25,293 nucleotides of DNA, from contig JACPCX010000189.1 of assembly GCA_016184305.1 (NCBI GenBank), positions 1 to 25,293 of the forward strand. Direction: 5' to 3'. This DNA comes from Candidatus Rokuibacteriota bacterium (GTDB lineage Bacteria; Methylomirabilota; Methylomirabilia; Rokubacteriales; CSP1-6). The notes under the pieces are model-generated. The model saw only the letters and a list, made by a program, of their open reading frames with translations. It was not told the origin of the DNA and searched no databases. This document shows, piece by piece, positions 8,802 through 16,310 of the stretch. Every line of letters begins with the position of its first letter. The first letter of the stretch is position 1. The position numbers were made by a program, and so were the translations under genes.

Positions 8802-9100
8802 TCAGCCCTCCCGCTCTCCGCCGCACGACGCGTGCGCCGGCCGTGCCGCAGCAGGCCGATTCGACTCGCTCGTCAACCTCCGAGCCGACGCCGGCACCCA
8901 GCCCGTCCCGTACCGGTGGCAGGCAACCACGCCGCCGGCAGCGACCTCCGTCGGCCGGGGCTCCTCCGTGGCGCACTCGGGGACCGGATCCGGCCGCCGG
9001 GGATGGAATCGGCAGCCCGACGGGACGAGGTACATCACCCCGACGCGGTGACTCATGTGGCGGACGGTCGCGAGATCATACGCCATGAACAGGGAACTGG
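8802..9100 (-). pseudogene. Remnant of an oligopeptide/dipeptide ABC transporter ATPase (OppF/DppF-like) with an internal deletion
   Basis: LFMAYDLATVRHMSHRVGVMYL (degenerate H-loop region) is fused directly to VPSGCRFHPR...CATEEP...VACH (C-terminal Cys domain). The Walker motifs and the GxIVE...HPYT segment are missing. Confidence 0.8.
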
Positions 9101-9139
9101 CTTCCGGTGACCTATCACGGGCTCACGACGCCCTGATCG

Positions 9140-9223
9140 TCACGCCTTCTTCATCGGCCTGCCGCAGCAGACCTTCTGGGCCATCGCGACCTTGCCGCAC
9201 TTGACGCAGCGGAATCCGGCCAT
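9140..9223 (-). CDS. 27-aa Cys4 metal-binding mini-protein, desulforedoxin-like (MAGFRCVKCGKVAMAQKVCCGRPMKKA)
   Basis: ATG at 9223 after a purine-rich GGGAAAGGA RBS; TGA at 9140; almost every third position is G/C; CxxCG...CCGxxM motif. Below the ORF-track length cut-off. Confidence 0.7.
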   Translation of the reverse strand: MAGFRCVKCGKVAMAQKVCCGRPMKKA

Positions 9224-9296
9224 CGCCCTATCCTTTCCCATCCGCCTGAGCTGGTGGAGCACCACGACCTCCGTCGCGGCGAGTTCAGGTGCCGCG

Positions 9297-9806
9297 TTAC
9301 CTCCTCGCCCCCCGGCGGGCCCTCTTCTTCGCGCGCCGGCGCACGCGAGGTCTCCGGGACGCCGTCTCCTTCACTCTGCGCGCAAGCAACTCCTTCACCT
9401 CGCGCCTCCCCACCTTCCGCAGCCCCACCAGCGTGGCGCGGTTCTGGCCGGTCGGGGTCGATTCTCCGCCTTCCCAGTGCGCCACGGCAGGCGCGCTGAC
9501 CCCCGCCACCCGCGCCAGGGCCATCTGGCTGAGCCCCAGGCGCTTTCTCAGGCTCTGAATCAGGCGTGGCGAGAGCCGCGCAGCCTTCGCCTCCTCCTCC
9601 GACACCTGGGGGACGGGGGGCGCGGCCTTCATCAGGCGCTCCCACCCCGCCGCCCTCCGGCGCAATCCCGCCACTGCCCCCTGCAGTCTCCCCATCTTCC
9701 GCCGGAGTCGCAGGAGATCTCGCCGGAGCGGCAGCACCACAAGCCGGACCTGCCTCCGCGCCCCCCGGGCAATGGTTTCCTTGATCACGGTCTCGAACTT
9801 GGCCAC
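9297..9806 (-). CDS. XRE-family helix-turn-helix protein with N-terminal coiled coil and Arg-rich tail
   Basis: IQSLRKRLGLSQMALARVAGVSAPAVAHWEGGESTP is a classic HTH_3 motif. GTG start with GAGGAGG RBS. Confidence 0.88.
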   Translation of the reverse strand: MAKFETVIKETIARGARRQVRLVVLPLRRDLLRLRRKMGRLQGAVAGLRRRAAGWERLMKAAPPVPQVSEEEAKAARLSPRLIQSLRKRLGLSQMALARVAGVSAPAVAHWEGGESTPTGQNRATLVGLRKVGRREVKELLARRVKETASRRPRVRRRAKKRARRGARR

Positions 9807-10019
9807 CTCGCACCTCCTCGTCCAGACATGAACCCCTCGTCCTGCTCAGTGTGAGCCTGCCCAGGAGTCACGGCTCCTGACGTCGGTCAGCCGCGAAGGC
9901 GGATGTCCGGGAACGGTCCCGCCCCCCATTCTCGTGGACACCGGGCCGATGATACTCCGGTTCTCGCGCCAACCGGTGCCGTCGCGGGGTGTCAAACCGC
10001 CGCCCCCACGCCGCCGGGG

Positions 10020-10300
10020 CAGTTTGCCGGGCCAGGGGAAGCGATCGAGGAACCGGAGCGCTCCCCGGAGCGGTACCCGGAACGCGAATGCCGTGGCGCC
10101 GCCCATACACCCCGAGGAGGTGCTCCACGAGGAGCGGGACGTCCTCCCGCCGGTCGCGCAAGAACGGCACCGCGAGCACGACCTCGCTCAGCCGATCGTG
10201 GAGGTCGGCGCGGAACTGGCCCTCGGTGATGGCCCGCTCGACGTTGTGCCCCCTGATGCGCCCTGGCTGGCAGATGGACATGCGCCTCTGCGTCGAGCAT
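10020..10300 (-). pseudogene. Frameshifted fragment of a sigma-54-dependent (NtrC-type) activator AAA+ domain
   Basis: NVERAITEGQFRADLHDRLSEVVLAVPFLRDRREDVPLLVEHLL corresponds to GxFRxDLYYRL...PPLRERxEDI. After a frameshift comes ALRFLDRFPWPGK (WPGN motif). No GAFTGA, Walker A or Fis-HTH. Boundaries are approximate. Confidence 0.8.
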
Positions 10301-10454
10301 CCGGAGGCGGAGACCCGGGCGCCGGGCCGGGTGATCTTACGCCCTGGGTCTCGGAAAGACGAAGCGTTGCTCCGGCGCGTCCTTCGGCCAGCGGCGAAGC
10401 GGCGAGAGGCGAAGCCGCGGGGCCGAGACGAGGGTGTTGCGTGCTCACCTCCGG

Positions 10455-11765
10455 TCACGCGCGGGGCGACGACGCGGGCTTCACGACCTTGCCGGGCCGG
10501 CAGCACGCGTGACGGCATACGGGCGAGTAAGGCGCCTCCCACTTGTGAAGCTCGAGGTAGGGTTCCAGGCGATACGGGTTGCAGCCGGGCAGGACCACCA
10601 CCTTGTGCCCCTTCTTCCGCAGCTTCCCGATGTTCACGGACTCGACGGCGCAGTTGCCGAGGAGCCACACCTCGTCGGCGTCGATCCGGTCCGGAAGGAC
10701 GGGCTCCTGGCCGGTGACGAGGGCGTATGTCCGCCCGTCCTCGATCTCCCAGGGCACCGGGCTGTACTGCATCCACAGGCCGCAGCCCCAGCACGTTCCG
10801 CCCGGGTACGTCTTCACCCGCGGGTCCAGGTTGAGCCACGGCATCGGCGGCCGCCTGAAGCTCCGGCGGACCTCCTGGATCTGCTTCCCCCTCACCTCGA
10901 TCCCGGCGAGATCACGGGTTCCGAGGCCCTCGCGCTCGGCCACCGGGAGGACCTCGATGGGGCCCTCGGCGGGCGAGAAGCCGGCGACCATGGAGGCAAC
11001 GGCCTCCGTCGCCACGGGGTCGCGGCCGGCGATGATGAGGTCCATCTGGACCGGATCTCCGAACCTCGGCCCGAAGCCGTCCATGGCAATCACGGCGTCG
11101 ACGACGGTCAGGTCGCGGCCCTTCACGAGCTTCATGAGGTCGGCGAGGACGTAGTAGTGCTCCGGGAGACGGTGATACGGGTGGCGGTCCTCGTGCAGGA
11201 GGACGCCGAACATGTTCTTGAAGCCGAGGGTCAGGAGCCCGACGCGCGTGGTCTTGAGCTTGGGGGCGTTCACGAAGAGATCGGCGTCCATGACCACCTT
11301 CGGTACCTTCATCGTCTTGAGCACCGTTCCGCCCGGCACCTCGACCTCGACCTTGGGCTCCAGCGCGAGGTCGCGCATCTCGCCGCCCGCGGCGGTGACC
11401 GCCTCCGTCAGCCCGGTGCGCGCGAAGACCCATGCCCCGTCGGTCTCGTGAACGGGCGCATCCGCCACCACCACCCGCTCCGCCCCCGCCTCCTTGAACA
11501 GCCGGACGAGCGCCCCGACCACCCGCTTGTCTGTGGATGGCAGGAAGTTCCCTTCGGGATCGAAGCCTTCCGGGAGCTTCTTGAGCCCGGTCTCCACGCC
11601 CATCGAGTAATAGCCGACGTTGGGCTTGATCAGCACCGTCCTGGCGCCCCGGAGGAGGTGGCCTGCGCCGCCTATCAGGTCCAGCGCGCGAGCCACGGCG
11701 CGGTGGGGGTCGGCGTCCTGCGCCATCGAGACGACAGACTTCCCGTTCAGCCCTTTCTTCGTCAT
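10455..11765 (-). CDS. DUF362 domain protein (paralog A) with Cys-rich C-terminal putative Fe-S domain
   Basis: VLIKPN, NAPKLKT, TLGFKNMFG, VDAVIAMDGFGP..G, AGRDPVATEAV; C-terminal CWGC...GNC...PGCNP...CRHACC. Confidence 0.88.
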   Translation of the reverse strand: MTKKGLNGKSVVSMAQDADPHRAVARALDLIGGAGHLLRGARTVLIKPNVGYYSMGVETGLKKLPEGFDPEGNFLPSTDKRVVGALVRLFKEAGAERVVVADAPVHETDGAWVFARTGLTEAVTAAGGEMRDLALEPKVEVEVPGGTVLKTMKVPKVVMDADLFVNAPKLKTTRVGLLTLGFKNMFGVLLHEDRHPYHRLPEHYYVLADLMKLVKGRDLTVVDAVIAMDGFGPRFGDPVQMDLIIAGRDPVATEAVASMVAGFSPAEGPIEVLPVAEREGLGTRDLAGIEVRGKQIQEVRRSFRRPPMPWLNLDPRVKTYPGGTCWGCGLWMQYSPVPWEIEDGRTYALVTGQEPVLPDRIDADEVWLLGNCAVESVNIGKLRKKGHKVVVLPGCNPYRLEPYLELHKWEAPYSPVCRHACCRPGKVVKPASSPRA

Positions 11766-11805
11766 CGTCCGGCATCCTCCATGGGAGTCACGAGGGTTTT
11801 CGAGC

Positions 11806-13086
11806 TCAGCCTCGCATCGAGGCGCAGCACTCGTACTTGCAGCGCACCTTCTCGACAGGGTACTCCCACTTGTGCAGCCTGAGGTACTCCTTGAGCCGGA
11901 CGGGAGGACAGCCGGGAATGACCCTGACGCGGATGCCCCGGGCCTCGAGCTTCTTCACCTTCACCGACTTCAGCGTGATATCCCCGAGTACCCACACCTC
12001 ATCGGCGTCCAGGTCCTTCGGGATGCTCGGCGTGCGGCCCAGCACGAGGGCGTAGCGCTTCCCGGACTCGATCTCCCAGGGCATCGGGGTGTACTGGATC
12101 CAGGGTCGGGCCCCGCACGAGTCCCCTCCGGCGTAGGTCTTCACATTGGGGCTCGGGTGAATCCACGGGTGCGCGGTCCGCTCCAGCGGCCGAGCCACCT
12201 CGGCGACGCTCTCGCCCCTGATCTCGATCATCGAGGGGTCCCCGACCCCCAGACCGGCATGCCGGGCCGGGGGGATCACCTCCAGCGGACCCTCGATCGG
12301 ATCGAACCCCGCCACCATCGCCGCGATGGTGTCCACGGCCACGGGATCGCGCCCCGCCAGCACCACGTCCATCCGGACCGGATTGCCGAGCCGAGGGCCA
12401 TCGCCCTCCATGGCGATCACCGCATCCACCACCGTCACGGCCTTCTCCCGGAGCAGCTTCATCACGTCGATCATCGCGAAGGAGAACTGCGGCTGTTTCA
12501 GGATCCGATGCCTCTCCTCGTGGGGCAGGAGGCCGTAGAGGTTGCTGAACCCGGCGCTCAATCCGTGCATCGGGTGTGTCTTGAGCTTGGGAACGTTCAC
12601 GAACAGGTCGCACTCGAGGGCCACCCTGGGGAGCTGGATCTTCGGCAAGGCCCGCGCGTCGGGCACGGCGATCTCGACAAGGGGCTCCTCGTCGAAGTAC
12701 GCGAGCTCCCCCCCCGCCTCCCTGACCACCGTGTCCATGCCCGTCCGCTCGGCAAACCACCTGGCAGGTGTCTCGTGCAGCGGCCCGTCGCCCACGACGA
12801 CTCGCGCGGCGCCGCGCTCCAGGAGCAGCCGCACCAGGGCCGTGACCACCCGGGGGTCCGTGTACGGCTGGAAGAGGCCGCCGGCCTCGCTCCAGCCCGC
12901 CGGCGGCTCCCTCAGGCCAGCATCCCAGCCGAGGGAGTAGTAGTCCCACTGCGGCTTGACCAGCACGGTGCCCCTGACTCGCAGGCCCTCCGCCTCCTCG
13001 ACCTGCTCGATGGCTCGGCGAACGCCGACACTGACATCCTCGCTCTTGACCACGGCCACGCAGGGCTTCGATGGATTCGCCGTCAT
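11806..13086 (-). CDS. DUF362 domain protein (paralog B)
   Basis: VLVKPQ, NVPKLKTH, VDAVIAMEGDGP..G, AGRDPVAVD; C-terminal PGCPP...CKYECC. Colinear with paralog A over its full length. Confidence 0.88.
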   Translation of the reverse strand: MTANPSKPCVAVVKSEDVSVGVRRAIEQVEEAEGLRVRGTVLVKPQWDYYSLGWDAGLREPPAGWSEAGGLFQPYTDPRVVTALVRLLLERGAARVVVGDGPLHETPARWFAERTGMDTVVREAGGELAYFDEEPLVEIAVPDARALPKIQLPRVALECDLFVNVPKLKTHPMHGLSAGFSNLYGLLPHEERHRILKQPQFSFAMIDVMKLLREKAVTVVDAVIAMEGDGPRLGNPVRMDVVLAGRDPVAVDTIAAMVAGFDPIEGPLEVIPPARHAGLGVGDPSMIEIRGESVAEVARPLERTAHPWIHPSPNVKTYAGGDSCGARPWIQYTPMPWEIESGKRYALVLGRTPSIPKDLDADEVWVLGDITLKSVKVKKLEARGIRVRVIPGCPPVRLKEYLRLHKWEYPVEKVRCKYECCASMRG

Positions 13087-13207
13087 GCTCCCGAGCCTTT
13101 CCAGGAGCGGGCCGAAGGGAATGCCATCCCCGAGGTCCCGTCCTCACACGATGCGTCGTTGCTGATCGCGAGCACACATGCCCGTCTGGGGGCCGCGCCC
13201 TTGCCGC

Positions 13208-13275
13208 ATTCTACCTCGGAGCACGCACCCGCAGCCTCGCCGCAGTCCCGTCACGGCGCACGCGCATGCGTGTGC
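13208..13275 (-). promoter_or_regulatory. Possible internal promoter (-10 TAGAAT) plus an upstream palindrome for the DUF362 pair
   Basis: TAGAAT on the minus strand at 13208-13213 in a 249-nt gap, with a poor -35. Near-perfect 18-bp palindrome GCACGCGCATGCGTGTGC at 13258-13275. Confidence 0.3.
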
Positions 13276-13335
13276 CCGCCTCACGCGCCGTCGCGCCACC
13301 GGGTGTCCCCGCGCGCGTCCGAGGCGGAACAACCG

Positions 13336-14112
13336 CTAGCGAGGTGACATGTAGTGTGCTCGAAGTCCCTCTCTCTGTTCCGTGGTTCCCGGCGACCCGC
13401 CCCGCGTGATCCCCATATGCGCGAGATCCACGAGCATCTCCGCAGTCTTGACCGCCGCGCCGAAGCTGTCGAGAACAGGCACCCCCTCGATCGTCCTCAC
13501 CCCGTGATCCAGGAGGAACATGTTGACGGGATTCCCGGCCGGCAAGAGAATCCCCGCACCCCGGCCGATCGCCTTTCGGGCCTCGCTCACGAAAGCCGCC
13601 CGGACCGGCTCCGGATCCTCGTACATCCGCCGGAAATCCCGATAGGTCAGATCAAGGGACGCGCCATCAACCATGCGCTCGCCCAGACCGTAGCCGCGCG
13701 CGATCCGCTCCATCTTTTCCAGGATCTTCCGATTGTGGGTCAGAAAGGCGAACCTTCCCGCCAGCTGGCACGCCAAGTGGATGGCGCATTCGGTGATGAA
13801 GACGGCGGGAAGGTCGGTCAGCTCGCGAACCTCCCGGTGGCCCGCGTCGATGGTGCTGATCATGACGAAGGCCGCATACCCCTGCTGCTCGGCCTGGATC
13901 GCATTGCGGATCACCTCGAGGGTGGCGAGGTGCTCGGCGCTGTCAAGGTGGTCGATACCCGGAAAGGTGGTCCTCACGCCGTGGAACTCGATCTCCGTCT
14001 CAGGCCGGGCGATCCTCCGCGCGTGCCTCTTCACGGATTCTTGATAGACGCCCCAGATCGCATCCCCTTCCGCCGAGCAACTCTGGGCCCAGATCCTTGC
14101 GCCGTTTCCCAT
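13336..14112 (-). CDS. Asp/Glu/hydantoin racemase family protein (paralog 1, no catalytic Cys)
   Basis: RIWAQS, AIQAEQQGYAAFV...DAG.REVRE..DLPAV, GVPVLD...AVKTAEMLVDL give the hydantoin-racemase-like fold. Confidence 0.82.
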   Translation of the reverse strand: MGNGARIWAQSCSAEGDAIWGVYQESVKRHARRIARPETEIEFHGVRTTFPGIDHLDSAEHLATLEVIRNAIQAEQQGYAAFVMISTIDAGHREVRELTDLPAVFITECAIHLACQLAGRFAFLTHNRKILEKMERIARGYGLGERMVDGASLDLTYRDFRRMYEDPEPVRAAFVSEARKAIGRGAGILLPAGNPVNMFLLDHGVRTIEGVPVLDSFGAAVKTAEMLVDLAHMGITRGGSPGTTEQREGLRAHYMSPR

Positions 14113-14174
14113 CGCCCCTCCCCACAGCCTGCCGGTGCGCCCGAGCCGCAGGCCTCATGATCGCCAACGCGTCC

Positions 14175-14954
14175 CTAGTCGAGTCCATAGAGCCGTCTCG
14201 CCGCCCGCACGTCCTCCCTCGAGGGGGCCGCGCTCGGGCCGCGTCTCCCTGGTCTCGTTCCAAGCGTATGCAGGTCGACGCGCGCCTCGGCCATCTTGAT
14301 GAGCACCGCGGTGTTGTCCAGAACAGGGATCCCTCCCCACTCGCGGACACCCTGGGCGACCAAGAACACGTTCAGCGCGCCAAAACCGGGAATGAGCATG
14401 CGCGCCCCCCTCGCAATCACCTCCAGCGCTGCTTCGGAGATCCGTTGCAGCACGGGCCCAGGGTCCGCGAAGCTCGCCACCATGTCCTCGAGAGGCATCC
14501 CGCCCAGGTGAACGCCCGGGACGTACCGTTTCCCGAGTCCGTAGTCCTCAACTCTCCCTTCGATCCCCTTCAACACCGCGCCGTTGGGCGCGATCACCGA
14601 GAAGTTGGGCGAGAGAAGGCACGCGACGTGAAACGAGGTCTCCGCGATGAAGATCACTGGAATCGTGAGAAGCTCCTGCAGCTCGTGGTAGGCGAGGTCC
14701 AGCATCCCCCCGAGCACGAAGGCATCGTAGCCTTGGCGTTCGGCCTCCAGCGCGTTTTCGTGGATCTGCCTGGAGTGCAGGTACTGCAGGTAGCGAGAGT
14801 TGACCATCTTGTCCACCATGAGCGGGACGCCATGCACCGACACCTCGGTGGTCGGCCGCGCAACCTCGCGCACGTAGCGCGTGAGGTGTTCCTCGTAGTA
14901 GCTCCACCGCGGGTCGAACCCGATCGCGCTATAGCTCTGATACCAGATTCTCAT
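14175..14954 (-). CDS. Asp/Glu/hydantoin racemase family protein (paralog 2, no catalytic Cys)
   Basis: MRIWYQS, ALEAERQGYDAFV...D...ELQE..IPVIFIAE, GIPVLD..AVLIKMAE..VDL. Confidence 0.85.
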   Translation of the reverse strand: MRIWYQSYSAIGFDPRWSYYEEHLTRYVREVARPTTEVSVHGVPLMVDKMVNSRYLQYLHSRQIHENALEAERQGYDAFVLGGMLDLAYHELQELLTIPVIFIAETSFHVACLLSPNFSVIAPNGAVLKGIEGRVEDYGLGKRYVPGVHLGGMPLEDMVASFADPGPVLQRISEAALEVIARGARMLIPGFGALNVFLVAQGVREWGGIPVLDNTAVLIKMAEARVDLHTLGTRPGRRGPSAAPSREDVRAARRLYGLD

Positions 14955-14960
14955 GTTCTC

Positions 14961-16265
14961 TCACCCCATCGTCCGAGGCAGCCACAGCACGAGCTCCGGA
15001 AAGACCATCAGGATCGCGATCACGGCCAGGTCGGCCAGCGCGAAGATCAGGCACCCGGCCATGACGTCGTTGAACGTGACATCCTCGGGCGCGAGGCCCT
15101 TGAGGATATAGAGGCTGAAGCCCACCGGAGGGGTGATCAGGGCCATTTCGATGTTCACCATCAAGAGGACGCCGAACCAGATGAGATCGAAGTGGAGCGC
15201 AGTGAGGACAGGGACCAGGACCGGCATGGTGACGATGATCATCGAGACGGGGTCGATGAACATGCCCAGCACGATGTACATCAGCTGGAAGGCGATCATC
15301 AGGACCCACCGGTTGACCTCCGCCTGCACCAGAACGTCCACCAGCCGCTGCGGAATCTGGTGATACGTGAGCACCCAGCTGAGCAGCTTCCCGCCGACGG
15401 CGATGAGCATGATGAACGCCGTCGTCTGCACGGTGTGCTGGAGCCCCTGCCACAGACGCTCCACCGTGACCTTCCGCCGGGCCATGGCCACGCCGAGGCT
15501 CGCGAGGGCCCCGATTCCCGCCGCTTCCGTCGCCGTCGCCACGCCGAGATAGATCGACCCCAGGACCGCGAGCACCAGGAGCAGCGGCACGCCGGCCTTG
15601 CGAAGCACCCCGAGCCGCTCCGCCCACGACACCGCCGGCTCGCGGGGCGCCGCCTGCGGCGTCCACCACACCCAGCCCCACACCACCAGCCCGAAGGCCC
15701 CGGCCAGGATCAACCCCGGAATGAATCCAGCCATCAGCATCTTCCCCACCGACACCTCGGTCACGGACGCGTAGAGGACCATGAGGATGCTCGGGGGAAT
15801 GAGATGGTCGAGGCCGCCGGCCGAGGCCACCGCGCCCACGGCCAGGCGCTTGTCGTACCCGCGCTCGAGCAACTTCGGAAGCGCGAGAATCCCGAACGTG
15901 GAGACCGCCGCCAGGCTGGACCCGCTCAGGGCGCCGAAGATCGCGCCCGCGCCGATCGTCACGATCGCGAGTCCGCCTCGAATGCCTTGCAGCCACTTGG
16001 AGGCGATATCGAAGATGTCGTCAGCGGTGCCTCCCACGAACAGGAACTCGCCCATGAGGATGAAGAGCGGCACCGCGATGAGCGGATAGTTCGTCCAGAA
16101 CTCGAAGAATTCCGTTCCGAGGACCGCGAGGGTTCGATCAAGGCCCAGCTCGCCCAGAAGGAAGAGGGCGCTCGTCAAGCCAAGGCTCACCGCCACCGGC
16201 ACGCCCAGCACGATCAACACCGCGACGAGGCACGCTAGGAGGCCGGCGAAGGCATACCAGTCCAT
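14961..16265 (-). CDS. dctM: TRAP transporter large permease
   Basis: 434 aa, highly hydrophobic; LIAVPLFILMG, ALSGSS, LIPPSI, ATATEAAG, ALITPPVG. Confidence 0.96.
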   Translation of the reverse strand: MDWYAFAGLLACLVAVLIVLGVPVAVSLGLTSALFLLGELGLDRTLAVLGTEFFEFWTNYPLIAVPLFILMGEFLFVGGTADDIFDIASKWLQGIRGGLAIVTIGAGAIFGALSGSSLAAVSTFGILALPKLLERGYDKRLAVGAVASAGGLDHLIPPSILMVLYASVTEVSVGKMLMAGFIPGLILAGAFGLVVWGWVWWTPQAAPREPAVSWAERLGVLRKAGVPLLLVLAVLGSIYLGVATATEAAGIGALASLGVAMARRKVTVERLWQGLQHTVQTTAFIMLIAVGGKLLSWVLTYHQIPQRLVDVLVQAEVNRWVLMIAFQLMYIVLGMFIDPVSMIIVTMPVLVPVLTALHFDLIWFGVLLMVNIEMALITPPVGFSLYILKGLAPEDVTFNDVMAGCLIFALADLAVIAILMVFPELVLWLPRTMG

Positions 16266-16310
16266 TCGCGCCCTTTCCCCGAGTCGGGACGCTGCATCTC
16301 ACGGATACGC

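Noticed and set aside
9965..9985. Sigma-54 -24/-12 promoter (GGCAC...GC) near the activator remnant
   Set aside because: The GG-to-GC spacing is 9 nt rather than the required 10, and the TTGC element is absent.
9868..10839. 323-aa ORF as an intact sigma-54 activator
   Set aside because: Only ~55 aa resemble the AAA+ domain. The rest overlaps DUF362-A out of frame, and GAFTGA, Walker A and the HTH are absent.
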